64,000 nt of DNA, from positions 1,760,001 through 1,824,000 of the forward strand of contig OZ252243.1 of NCBI GenBank assembly GCA_965249555.1. The letters are read 5' to 3'. The position numbers were made by a program, and so were the translations under genes. A model generated the notes under the pieces. That model worked only from the letters and a program-made list of their open reading frames with translations. It was not told the DNA's origin and ran no database searches. The stretch comes from Nitrosopumilus sp. Its GTDB lineage: Archaea > Thermoproteota > Nitrososphaeria > Nitrososphaerales > Nitrosopumilaceae. This document shows, piece after piece, positions 41,901 through 50,937 of this stretch (position 1 is the first letter of the stretch; every line of letters begins with the position of its first letter).

Positions 41901-43685
41901 ACGCTCTCATGGAATAGAATTGCCAGTGCAACAGGTTACGTACTGAGCAGAACTAGTGGCGGAGCAACAACTGAGATATCAGTCACTGGGATCTCATATG
42001 CTGATACCTTGGAACCTGAAACAACTTACATCTATTCCATAAGGACAGTGGCAGCAGCTGGAGACAGTGCCGCCTCTAATGTCGTGTCTGTAACTACACT
42101 TGCAGCACCAACTGATACAACTCCACCTGCCGCACCCGTACTTTCTGCAGGAACAACTACTGATACAACTATATCACTTTCATGGACTGCAGTGGATAAT
42201 GCCGACAGTTACACTCTGACCAGAATTGTTGATGGCATTAATGATGTTGAAGTGGCAACAGGCGATATATTGACTGCCACTGATACTGGCCTGTCTGCTG
42301 ATACAGATTACAAGTATACCATTACGGCAACAAATACTGCCGGGACAAGTGATCCTTCTGCCGAGTTTGATGCAAGGACTGATGCAGCCAATACAAACCC
42401 ATCACCTGCCGTGTACACTCTCAACGATACACCTCATGCTACTGACGGAGATAAAGTAGTTATAACCTTCACATCGTCACACACCGGTGATTTTACAATT
42501 GAATTTGATGGTGGTCGTACCATTGACTTTACAATTGATGATGCAGCCGTCCCATATATTCACACAGAAACAGTTGGGTATGATTATAATGGCAATATTA
42601 TCATTTCAATTGCCGGCGGTGCCGAGGTTGCAAGGGAATCTGTAACGACTGAACCTGAAAACCCAAAGAAAAAAGGTGGAGATTCTAATGAATGGAAAAC
42701 AAAGCCAACCTTTGGCAAACATTGGAATAATCAAGCAGTACAGCTAGTTGATGACGGCTTTGTCTTTAATGGCATGCCATTAACCATTACAAACAACTGG
42801 CACACTGACTTTAATATGACTAGCAGCATTATTGGTGATAACAATACAGTCCACATCAAAGGCTATGCAACAAATGGCCTAAAGTCCGTATCTCTATCCC
42901 TTGGAGTTCCAGAAGTTGGCCTGAAGACTAATGCAGAGTCCCACATTATAGTGAATGTAAATAGCAACTATACTAGTCCTGCAGGTTATGACATTGCAGA
43001 TATAGTCCATGAGCAAAAAGAGGGACTAGTAAATGAGGACATGACTAGCGCATCCATTGACAAAGTCAAATGTACATCATCAGATACTGCAGAGAGGTGC
43101 TTTGATGTTACCATATCATTTGTAATAATGGCACCATTATCCCATGAAGTATTGGCAATTAATGCAGTTGACAAACAACGTTACTCTACTACCACATATA
43201 TCAACGAAGGTGTAGAGTTTGTGGGAGAAGCATTACTTGCAGCAGCAACTCATGAGTTAAAACAAAAGCATGGCAACCAGAATCCGTTTGAGACCATATC
43301 ACTAACCCAGCAGGACAGACGTTACCAGGTCTGGGAGGACCAATATGGATACATATGGTCACAAAATGACTATGGCACCTGGTTGCAGATTACAAGACCT
43401 GATATGCAACAAAGAGATGATCTGCCAACAAGCGTAATGACTAGAATTCATTCAAACTTTGCAAATCTGGTAATTGATGAGCAGGATAGGGCAACCCTGA
43501 TCTTTGATAGTAAGGCAATTCAGGGAACCTTGGATGAATCATTCTCATATGATATGCCATTAAGACTGGACAGAGTATCAGATCCCGCATTGCTGGAATC
43601 ACTATCCATACAAGAGATGCTGGCCCAGGAGATGCTGTGTGACTGTATGATATATGATGACTCTGATCTTAGCTGGAATGACTAG
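38952..43685 (+). CDS. Giant secreted surface protein with fibronectin type III and Ig-like (DUF5011-like) repeats
   Basis: Signal peptide; several FN3 units (W..V.GA.SY.V...L.P.T.Y...V.A.N.AG); three DTxPPVIT Ig-like repeats; acidic, Thr-rich; non-repetitive C-terminal domain. Confidence 0.88.
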   Translation: MNKMLFNALVGGGVVLFAISLLASAEAQAPIAPVPPVIEEGEIFSTNIEITWGVVDGATSYTVYRNGANRGTTTDTSFIDYGLTPNTEYTFRVVAHNSAGQTANSAFFKVSTTSAPTSFSAPAPTYADTQTAIEDGTISIEKNNSRDDQIDISFVPKQVGVYSIEYGAFNTETVSVSSGQTDIRKVVPPITIGYGFDQDIIISFREGTSDLVEVARAHVTTVPTPTPTPRVTDVTSTSITIEWDAVAGAGYDIFRNGVEQITITGSSYHDDELDPETTYTYTIRPNYINNTVGPTSAPLVVTTLELPPATPALVLGEVTDTSIALSWGAVDNADSYTLTRIVAGGNIVVVSSNVLTAIDTGLAPATDYKYVIVATNTAGTSTPSAEFAASTTAAPIDTTPPVITVTPEEITLELNSPAPTLLTGVETDDGSAITISGTVDVTTVNDYTITYSSTDGTNPAVDKTRIYKVTDTIPPVITVTPEEITLELNSPAPTLLTGVETDDGSAITISGTVDVTTVNDYTITYSSTDGTNPAVDKTRIYKVTDTIPPVITVTPEEITLELNSPAPTLLTGVETDDGSAITISGTVDVTTVNDYTITYSSTDGTNPAVDKTRIYKVTAAPVPIQLNTIQINQNANVIDISFVPLLAGTFDISYAGSTPQPQTIDSAQTGTALEFSVTLDSGFAGNVCIEFDGDEISCSTIRIEPDEPTLVLGDVTHDTIGFTWNSVNNGHNYILTRVIEGTDKIVVEGINVLAGTDDNLEPETEYTYVISVSTPDGDFNDEYSPFSVTTLAAPATETPAIEANSFEVTNPIDTNALLVEFVALKAGTFTITAGALTDTVDVTDTDVTDAAVKSKQITVNPEFDGDVILSFDDATVASTPASLLAIRAGSFSYTGDAAGDVTVSFVPLRAGTFTVEAGDASDDIVVGTGDIGNTVSSDPLSLGNGFDSTILILLNNHVYLRPSVLTLPGIPTLEVETPTHNSVTLSWNRIASATGYVLSRTSGGATTEISVTGISYADTLEPETTYIYSIRTVAAAGDSAASNVVSVTTLAAPTDTTPPAAPVLSAGTTTDTTISLSWTAVDNADSYTLTRIVDGINDVEVATGDILTATDTGLSADTDYKYTITATNTAGTSDPSAEFDARTDAANTNPSPAVYTLNDTPHATDGDKVVITFTSSHTGDFTIEFDGGRTIDFTIDDAAVPYIHTETVGYDYNGNIIISIAGGAEVARESVTTEPENPKKKGGDSNEWKTKPTFGKHWNNQAVQLVDDGFVFNGMPLTITNNWHTDFNMTSSIIGDNNTVHIKGYATNGLKSVSLSLGVPEVGLKTNAESHIIVNVNSNYTSPAGYDIADIVHEQKEGLVNEDMTSASIDKVKCTSSDTAERCFDVTISFVIMAPLSHEVLAINAVDKQRYSTTTYINEGVEFVGEALLAAATHELKQKHGNQNPFETISLTQQDRRYQVWEDQYGYIWSQNDYGTWLQITRPDMQQRDDLPTSVMTRIHSNFANLVIDEQDRATLIFDSKAIQGTLDESFSYDMPLRLDRVSDPALLESLSIQEMLAQEMLCDCMIYDDSDLSWND
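38981..38991 (+). repeat. G11 homopolymer within the signal-peptide codons
   Basis: Eleven consecutive G in an AT-rich genome; the gene is currently in frame. Confidence 0.9.
40149..40806 (+). repeat. Three near-identical 222-bp tandem repeats (74-aa Ig-like domain)
   Basis: Units start at 40149, 40371 and 40593; only one synonymous difference seen (ATC/ATA). Confidence 0.95.
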
Positions 43686-43918
43686 GTTCCATCATATCTT
43701 TTGAGAATTATATGTAATTATGGTGATTGGGTATCTACTACCCCTAAGATTATTATGGAATATTTCACAAAAACAATGGATGGATTTTGTATCATTTGCA
43801 AAAACAATCCCTGATGAATTATTAATACAATTCCTGGAATCAAAATATGACAAGAATCCTTCCCGTACTTTTTGCAAAAATAAAACTCTCTGTACCAAAG
43901 ACAGAGACAAAATGAGAT

Positions 43919-43998
43919 GGCATATCTGAGATGTCCTGATTCAGCAAAGCACGCTAGGAGGTGTCCTCAGTAGGGTTGGAGACGATTTCGTATGGGAG
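43919..43998 (+). mobile_element. Solo IS110 end fragment (inverted relative to the two full copies)
   Basis: 80 bp matching the reverse complement of 37181-37260 and 52956-53035, ending exactly at the AG (CT) core. Confidence 0.85.
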
Positions 43999-44046
43999 AA
44001 CCTTACAATATAACCAGTTTTAATATCATATAGGATAACAAAATGT

Positions 44047-44148
44047 ATGGAAAAATCCAAATTGAAACCTGATGAACCATGGGGAAAAAGAGATGATGAA
44101 GTATTTGAGAGATATGAAAAAAGTCTGAAAAAGAAATCAAAAAAGTAA
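44047..44148 (+). CDS. Possible 33-aa peptide
   Basis: MEKSKLKPDEPWGKRDDEVFERYEKSLKKKSKK; stops 3 nt before the next ATG. Confidence 0.35.
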   Translation: MEKSKLKPDEPWGKRDDEVFERYEKSLKKKSKK

Positions 44149-44151
44149 TAC

Positions 44152-44439
44152 ATGTCTCATGTTCTTCAAGTGCAGTTTAATTCAGAATTCAATGAAGATA
44201 AAATATTACACTCTTTTGAAATTCAATTTGCAATAATTGATGCTGTGGCTAGCTGTTCTGCTGATATCATTCGAGATAAATTTGCCAATGTTAGATGTGC
44301 AGATTTAATCCATGACAAGATAAGAAGAAGGGTAGGAACAGAAAATCTCTATGTTTATGCAATTCTTAAAAAACACGTTTTAATTTTTGTAGGAGTTAGG
44401 GAAATTGGAAAGAAAGTAAAATTGTATGATGAAGCATAA
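44152..44439 (+). CDS. Hypothetical protein
   Basis: 95-aa ORF with ATG start; no confident motif. Confidence 0.5.
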   Translation: MSHVLQVQFNSEFNEDKILHSFEIQFAIIDAVASCSADIIRDKFANVRCADLIHDKIRRRVGTENLYVYAILKKHVLIFVGVREIGKKVKLYDEA

Positions 44440-44737
44440 CTGTTATATGATAACAGTTAAATTTACAAAAAAAGCCCATAGCCAAAAACACATATGATTT
44501 TCCAAACATTACAGAGCCCGAGTATCGTCCTCCAACAAAAGTTGCAAATAACCCCGCAACTGCCATGGCAACAAAATATGAAATATCTGTAATATTGAAT
44601 TTAGATCCATCTATCACAATTAGTGCATATTGATATGCCACAACGAGACCAAAAATAATTCCAATAACTTTGTAATTCAGTTTACTTCTAGATGGGTCTT
44701 TTTTGTCTGAACTACTTTCTAGATGAATATCCTCCAT
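44396..44737 (-). pseudogene. Truncated multi-pass membrane protein
   Basis: Three TM segments (…RYSGSVMFGKSYVFLAMGFF), then the sequence runs into the opposite-strand gene. Confidence 0.5.
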
Positions 44738-44865
44738 TTTACTTAACGTATGAAAAAATTAATTTCATTTAAATTTGTGCCTGTAAAACAATAAAGTTTG
44801 TTCATTTGAACAAACAATCCCAGTCATCTAGGTTGAAAAAATATCTACTAAATTAGAAAAAAAGA

Positions 44866-45003
44866 CTAGTGGCTGTGTCCACAACCACAGGAATCATGGT
44901 CTTCATGTCCTTGAGATTCTTGTCCTGCACATTTAGAACATTTCTCTGAACCTGTTGGTGAGAAAAATCCTATACCGCAAGAGATACATTTTTGATTTGC
45001 CAT
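44866..45003 (-). CDS. 45-aa Cys/His-rich metal-binding microprotein (not in ORF track)
   Basis: MANQKCISCGIGFFSPTGSEKCSKCAGQESQGHEDHDSCGCGHSH. Confidence 0.7.
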   Translation of the reverse strand: MANQKCISCGIGFFSPTGSEKCSKCAGQESQGHEDHDSCGCGHSH

Positions 45004-45097
45004 AAATGAAATCAGTTTGTAGCAGTATTTGATTCTTTTTCCTATGATCCTTGGTTCATTTTAGACCTTAGATCTGTAATGTATGTATTTTCAGCCA

Positions 45098-45616
45098 TCA
45101 ATTGAATATCTCTCCAAGTGTAAATCCAATGTTTGTAGCAGTTTTTTCAATTTCTCCAAGTATATCTTGTGAAATCGTCCTAGTAACATTCATCTCTGTC
45201 CATTCACTGTCATGTATTTTTTCCAACTCTTGATATAATTCTTTTTCTGGCTGTATCACATAACTATACACTTTTTCCCCAATAATGTGTTCTGTAACTT
45301 TCATACCACATTTTTCAAATATTTTGATCTCAGTTTTACAATTAATTTCTGATTGTTCTTCATTTTCATCATGATCTACAATTATACGAATTCCTTTTCT
45401 TCCATCTAGAATCATTACTGAATGACCCTCTTGCATGTATTTTGTTTTCAGTCTTTCTTTTATAATTGCAAAATCAATTTTAGATGAATCTTCTTTAATA
45501 TCTTTTAGGAAATCATACGATATTTTATCCAGATGGGTTTGCATTTCCAACTTCACTTGATTCATCATTCTTTTTGAATACTCTGTATTCTCCAATAATT
45601 GAACTACATTTTTCAC
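45098..45616 (-). CDS. Hypothetical protein
   Basis: Long ORF; the true start is probably downstream of 45616, near the stop of the upstream gene. Confidence 0.65.
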   Translation of the reverse strand: MKNVVQLLENTEYSKRMMNQVKLEMQTHLDKISYDFLKDIKEDSSKIDFAIIKERLKTKYMQEGHSVMILDGRKGIRIIVDHDENEEQSEINCKTEIKIFEKCGMKVTEHIIGEKVYSYVIQPEKELYQELEKIHDSEWTEMNVTRTISQDILGEIEKTATNIGFTLGEIFN

Positions 45617-45875
45617 AAGTGTATTGTCCTCTTTCTACTAGTATCAAATTGTCTGCTACTTCCTCATTGGTACTTTCTTCTAATTTTACCTTTGGTGGAT
45701 TATCAAATTCTGTTTCACAATTTTTACAATAATGTTTGAACATTTTTTCAGTTTCAAGTTTTCCAATTGGTGCCAAAAATAATTTTCCTACTCCTAAATC
45801 TGCCTTTTTTGCCTGCTCTTCAGTTAGTTCTGCTATGATATATCCACCAGAACCTTCAACTTTGAATTCTGCCAA
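45525..45875 (-). CDS. Zinc-ribbon hypothetical protein
   Basis: CKNC and CEKC pairs; GKLFLAP motif. Confidence 0.7.
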   Translation of the reverse strand: MAEFKVEGSGGYIIAELTEEQAKKADLGVGKLFLAPIGKLETEKMFKHYCKNCETEFDNPPKVKLEESTNEEVADNLILVERGQYTCEKCSSIIGEYRVFKKNDESSEVGNANPSG

Positions 45876-45898
45876 TTTACATTGATGTGATATATGCG

Positions 45899-46550
45899 TC
45901 AGATAAGCTTTATGGTCTCAGATAATGATTGCACAGTTTTTTCAATAAGATCCATCCTTTTAGAATGATAAATTTCTAAATGCATTTTTTTAACAAAATT
46001 TTCTACACTTTTCTTTGGAAAACTATCTAATTTGTTAAATGGTATAATCATTAGATGTAATTTTTCAGCAATGTTTCCAGATTGAGGTGGGATATAATAT
46101 TCAACATTTTCAAAAGTTTTTGCACCAAATTTTTTATAAAAACGAATTCTATCTTTTCTTATCTCTCTCATCAGAATCATTTACATCTTCTAGCTGAATT
46201 TCTAACAACAGACCAAGAAAGTTCTTTGATTTCATAACTTTTATACAATATTGAAGTAATTTTGAACCTATTCCTTTTCTCTGGAAGGAATCATTAATTA
46301 CCATATAATCAAGCAGTGAAACTTTCTCATCGGGAAGTTCACATACTAAAGCAAATCCTATTGTTAAATTATTTTCTTTGACTAGATATAGATGATATTT
46401 TTCGTCATTTCTTACCATCGCATTTAATTTCTCGATTGGTCTTCTCTCAACAGCTGGAAAAGAATTCATGTATAGTTCTTTAAGATTAGAATCTACAATT
46501 TCATCTTCTTCAACAATTCCAATTGCCATACAAGCTGGATTTTCTGGCAA
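45899..46550 (-). pseudogene. GNAT-family acetyltransferase, frameshifted
   Basis: LYMNSFPAVERR, LLDYMVI...QRKGIGSKLL, LLLEI in one frame; RIRFYKKFGA in the next; shift in the (GA)n run near 46165. Confidence 0.8.
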
Positions 46551-46664
46551 TGCATAAACTTTTCATGTAATATCTCTGATGAATTTCTTTGATTTCCCAG
46601 GCTAGAACGAATCTATGTTGGAGAAAAACAGTAGATTCTTATCTAAAATTTTTAGGGAAAATCT

Positions 46665-47519
46665 ATGGATAAAATAAAGCAAAATTCTCCAGTATTATTC
46701 TATTTTAATCATTCAAAAAAATGGCTGATGAAAATTTCAAAAAAAGAATCTCTTCATACACATATTGGGGTAATCAAACATTCTGATGCAATTGGAAAAG
46801 AATATGGTTCCAGAGTAATGACTAACAAGGACAAGTATGTCTATGTTCTAAAACCAACAATGTATGATTATGTAATGAAAATCCAACACGGTACACAAAT
46901 TGTTTATCCAAAAGATCTTGGATATATTGTTGCAAGAGCTGGAATTGGAAGTGGCCAAAAGATTTTAGAAATTGGAACTGGTAGTGGTTCATTAACCTCT
47001 TTTGTAGCTAGTATTGTAAAACCTCGTGGTCATGTATACACTTTTGATGTTAATGAAAATTTTATGAAGATAGCTGAAAAAAATATCAAAAAAGCAGGGG
47101 TTTCAAAATATGTCACACAACATAATTTGGATCTAAAAACTGCAAAAAAGATGCCATTAGAAGATATGGATGTGGCGTTAATTGATTTGGGTGATCCTTG
47201 GGTAGTAATTCCCCAAGTGCGCAAGATGCTAAAAAGCAGCGGTTCAATTTTTGCCATTTGTCCTACAATGAATCAATTAGAAAAATTAACTATGGCTCTA
47301 GTTGAAAATGAATTTACTGATATAGAATCAACTGAACATATTTTGCGTACAATAGAAGCTAGAGAAGGAAAAACCAGACACTCTTTTCAAGGAATTGGCC
47401 ATACTACCTATCTCTGTTATGCTAGAAAGGCATTTTTTGGCAGAGCCACAAAAAATACTAAATCAAAAACCGGCAAAAAAACCACGAAAAAAGCTACTAA
47501 AAAAACTAGTAAAAAATAG
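46665..47519 (+). CDS. trmI: tRNA (adenine-N1)-methyltransferase TrmI/Trm61
   Basis: TQIVYPKD, LEIGTGSGSLT, DLGDPW, GHTTYL. Confidence 0.93.
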   Translation: MDKIKQNSPVLFYFNHSKKWLMKISKKESLHTHIGVIKHSDAIGKEYGSRVMTNKDKYVYVLKPTMYDYVMKIQHGTQIVYPKDLGYIVARAGIGSGQKILEIGTGSGSLTSFVASIVKPRGHVYTFDVNENFMKIAEKNIKKAGVSKYVTQHNLDLKTAKKMPLEDMDVALIDLGDPWVVIPQVRKMLKSSGSIFAICPTMNQLEKLTMALVENEFTDIESTEHILRTIEAREGKTRHSFQGIGHTTYLCYARKAFFGRATKNTKSKTGKKTTKKATKKTSKK

Positions 47520-47582
47520 CCTCAATTATTTATTCAAACTCCAAAACAAGATTTATTCCTCTATTTTTTAGAGTATATTGTA

Positions 47583-48446
47583 ATGGTAAGAAGGAATCTT
47601 TCAGCATCTATTGTTAAGAAATTCATTCCTGCACGAAAATCAAAGTCTAGAAAAGGTGATAATGGAATTGTATTGGTAGTTGGTGGAAGCTATATCTATC
47701 ATGGCGCTCCGATTTTATCCTCAATTGCTGCATTTCGATGTGGAACTGATTTAGTTTATACTTCTGTTCCGAAAATTAACGTAGCACCAACACGTGCAAT
47801 TTCCCCAAATCTTATTGTCATTCCTTTAGTTGATCAAAAATTAACTCGTGGTGCTGTAAACAAACTTGTAGGTGCATTACCCAGACATCTAGATTCTGCA
47901 ACCATTGGCATGGGTCTTGCAATACAAGACAAAAATGCATTATTACTTTTAGTTAAATCACTTTTAGATAGAGATGTTAGATTATCATTAGATGCAAGTG
48001 CATTAATTCCTGAAGTTGTCCCTCATTTAGCAAACAAAAATGTTGTAGTGACTCCACATGCTGGAGAATTTAAGCGGTTATTTGGGGAATCACCTTCTAA
48101 CTCAAAAAATGAGCGAATAAAGTTGGTAGAAAAAAATGCAAAGAAACATGGAATTACCGTTTTACTAAAAGGTGCAGTAGATGTTATTTCAAATGGTACG
48201 ACTACATATCTTTATGAGAAAAAAATTCCTGCAATGACTGTTGGTGGTACAGGAGATGTTCTTTCAGGGTTGGTTGCAGGAATGCTATCCAAAAATCGTA
48301 ATGCTTTAGAATCTGCTGCAGCAGCTACCTTCATCAATGGATTGGCAGGAAAAGCAGTTCAAAAAAAATTAGGACTACATATGACATCAATGGATCTTTT
48401 AGATGAGATTCCATCTGTGATGAAACCATTTGATAAGATTGCGTGA
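47583..48446 (+). CDS. nnrD: ADP-dependent NAD(P)H-hydrate dehydratase
   Basis: KGDNG.VLVVGGS..YHGAP, LDASAL, TPHAGEF, LLKG, VGGTGDVLSG. Confidence 0.92.
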   Translation: MVRRNLSASIVKKFIPARKSKSRKGDNGIVLVVGGSYIYHGAPILSSIAAFRCGTDLVYTSVPKINVAPTRAISPNLIVIPLVDQKLTRGAVNKLVGALPRHLDSATIGMGLAIQDKNALLLLVKSLLDRDVRLSLDASALIPEVVPHLANKNVVVTPHAGEFKRLFGESPSNSKNERIKLVEKNAKKHGITVLLKGAVDVISNGTTTYLYEKKIPAMTVGGTGDVLSGLVAGMLSKNRNALESAAAATFINGLAGKAVQKKLGLHMTSMDLLDEIPSVMKPFDKIA

Positions 48447-49804
48447 TTTACATGAATGCACTAAAACACGTAGATTCTAACCTAGATAACCTTATTTCCG
48501 ACCTACAAATTCTCATACGACAACCAAGTGTTTCAGCAAAAAATGAAGGAATTGAGGAATGCGCAAAACTTGTAAAAAAACTATTAAAAAAATCTGGCTT
48601 AAAATCTGAAATCCTACGATTGAAAAAGGGAGTAGCCCCTATTGTTTATGGCGAAATAAAGTCAAGACAAAACCCAACAAAGACTCTGATGTTTTACAAT
48701 CATTATGATGTACAACCAGCTGAACCCTTTGACTTGTGGGATTACCCTCCATTTAGTGGCACAAGAAAAGGAAACAAGATCTTTGGGCGTGGTGCAACTG
48801 ATGATAAAGGTGAATTAATTACAAGAATCAAAGCAGTTGAGGCATATCTAAAAACTACAGACGATGTTCCTTGTAACATAAAATTTGTAATTGAAGGTGA
48901 AGAAGAAACCGGCAGCGCTCACATTGAAGAATATCTAAAAAAATACAAAAAGAAATTTTCATGTGATGGAGTAATTTGGGAATTTGGATACGTTGATGCA
49001 AAAAATAGACCAATAATTGGTCTTGGAATGAAAGGATTATTGTTTGTTGAATTATCCATAAAGGAATCAATTATTGATGCTCATTCAAGTTTGGCAGTAT
49101 TGATAAAAAACCCTGCATGGAGATTAATTGATGCCATCAAGACACTTCGAGATTCAAATGGAAAAATTCTCATAAAAGATTGGTACAAAGAAGTTACACC
49201 ATTCTCAAAAAAAGACTTGGAACTAATTCGAAAAGAACCATTTGATGAAAATGTTTTCAAAAAGGAATTTGGAATCAAATCTTTTGTAGGAGGCAAAAAA
49301 GGAATGGATGCAAAAAAGGCTTTAGTTGGTGGCGCTACGTGTAACATTGCAGGATTTGTTTCTGGGTATACTGGTGATGGGGCAAAAACAGTTCTTCCAG
49401 GTGATGCACTAGTCAAAATTGATTTTAGATTGATACCTAAAATGGATCCAAAAAAACAAGTAATGAGATTAAAAAGACATCTCAAATCTAAAGGATTCAG
49501 TGATGTTAAAATCAAAATATTTCATGGTGAGGCAGCTGCCAGAACCCGTTCTTCAGAACCATTTGTTGCTCAGGTAAAAGCAGCAGCTGACAAATCATTT
49601 GGAAAATCTATACTAAATGTTTCAAATGCTGGAACTGGTCCAATGTATCCATTTGTTGATATTCTAAAGGCTCCCTGTATATCAATAGGAAGTACATACA
49701 TGTTTTCTAGAATTCATTCTCCAAATGAATTTGCCAGAGTTGATTTGTTAAAGAAAACAACAAAGTGTATCTGTTTGATTATGGAAAACTTTGGAAAAAA
49801 CTAG
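48443..49804 (+). CDS. M20-family metallopeptidase / deacylase
   Basis: YNHYDVQP, GRGATDDKG, EGEEETGS, HSPNE. Confidence 0.92.
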   Translation: MIYMNALKHVDSNLDNLISDLQILIRQPSVSAKNEGIEECAKLVKKLLKKSGLKSEILRLKKGVAPIVYGEIKSRQNPTKTLMFYNHYDVQPAEPFDLWDYPPFSGTRKGNKIFGRGATDDKGELITRIKAVEAYLKTTDDVPCNIKFVIEGEEETGSAHIEEYLKKYKKKFSCDGVIWEFGYVDAKNRPIIGLGMKGLLFVELSIKESIIDAHSSLAVLIKNPAWRLIDAIKTLRDSNGKILIKDWYKEVTPFSKKDLELIRKEPFDENVFKKEFGIKSFVGGKKGMDAKKALVGGATCNIAGFVSGYTGDGAKTVLPGDALVKIDFRLIPKMDPKKQVMRLKRHLKSKGFSDVKIKIFHGEAAARTRSSEPFVAQVKAAADKSFGKSILNVSNAGTGPMYPFVDILKAPCISIGSTYMFSRIHSPNEFARVDLLKKTTKCICLIMENFGKN

Positions 49805-50217
49805 TGAAGACATCTAGGTAATTTTTTGATAATGTGTGCAAGTGAAATTCTTCCCGGTCCTGCAATCATAATTACTATAGATGATGCAAGAAGAATCAAA
49901 TCCAACTCTACTCCCATTTCACCTGTTAAGCTTTGAGCTCCTTTGACATGGAAAATAGCACCTAACATAATGATACAAAGTAATGATGCCGATAATCTAC
50001 TGAGAACTCCTATAACTAACAAAATTCCTGGAATTAATTCTGCTAATGCAATTGGAATTTGCATTTCTACTGGAAGTCCCATCATTGGCAAAAAGTCTGC
50101 AAATCCAGAATCAAATTTACCAATTCCATGAACGATAAAGATTACGCCTATGGCTGATCTTAAACCCATAAAGACAACGTCATTGAGGATTTTCTCTTTA
50201 ATCTCACTTGTAGTCAA
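49801..50217 (-). CDS. DoxX-family membrane protein
   Basis: LR..IG.IFI.HG..K, AEL..G.LL..G...R, GPGRISL. Confidence 0.88.
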   Translation of the reverse strand: MTTSEIKEKILNDVVFMGLRSAIGVIFIVHGIGKFDSGFADFLPMMGLPVEMQIPIALAELIPGILLVIGVLSRLSASLLCIIMLGAIFHVKGAQSLTGEMGVELDLILLASSIVIMIAGPGRISLAHIIKKLPRCLH

Positions 50218-50311
50218 TATGACTAACTGAAATCTTTAGTATAATTATTTTACTCATAATTACGCTTGACATGTAGAAAGCCCTTTATTATGCTGCAAAA
50301 TTATTTGAACT

Positions 50312-50908
50312 ATGTCAATGTATATGCCAGGAGCAACTGCTGTTGGAATTACTTTTGATGGCGGTGTTGTTTTTGCCAGCGAGAAAAGGATCGCATTTGG
50401 AAACTTCCTTGTAAGCAAATCAACCAAGAAAACATTTTCTATAACTCCCAAAGTAGGTGCAACTTGTGCCGGCCTTGTGGCAGATATGCAAATCTTAACC
50501 TTACAAATTTCAGCTCTTGCAAAAATCAGAAAAATGGAAATTAAAAGAGATGTACCTCCAAATACTGTTGCTAAAATGATGTCGAATATGATGTATGAAC
50601 GAAGATACTTCCCATTGTTGACCCAAGTGATTGTTGGCGGTGTAGTTGACAAACCAATCATGTATACTCTTGACCCATTAGGTTCTGTACTTCCTGATGA
50701 ATATGCAGCAGTTGGAACTGGTGCTGAAATGGCATTAGGTGTATTGGATCCTCAATTCAAAGCAAACATGACAAAAGATGAAGCAGTTGATTTGGCCAAA
50801 CGTGCAGTTCGTTCAGCAGCTCTTAGAGATTCAGCAAGTGGTGATGGTTTAGATGTTCTTGTTATTACTAAAGATGGTACTGAAGAATTCACAGAAGAAA
50901 TCAAATAA
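50312..50908 (+). CDS. psmB: Proteasome beta subunit (lacks the nucleophilic Thr1)
   Basis: GATAVGI, AGLVAD, YTLDPLGS, GTG, RDSASGDG. Confidence 0.92.
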   Translation: MSMYMPGATAVGITFDGGVVFASEKRIAFGNFLVSKSTKKTFSITPKVGATCAGLVADMQILTLQISALAKIRKMEIKRDVPPNTVAKMMSNMMYERRYFPLLTQVIVGGVVDKPIMYTLDPLGSVLPDEYAAVGTGAEMALGVLDPQFKANMTKDEAVDLAKRAVRSAALRDSASGDGLDVLVITKDGTEEFTEEIK

Positions 50909-50937
50909 GTGTAAATCTTAATTTCACAAATACAATT

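Noticed and set aside
44152-44439. RelE-like toxin paired with a 33-aa antitoxin
   Set aside because: The size and arrangement fit, but no convincing motif was seen, so it is left as hypothetical.
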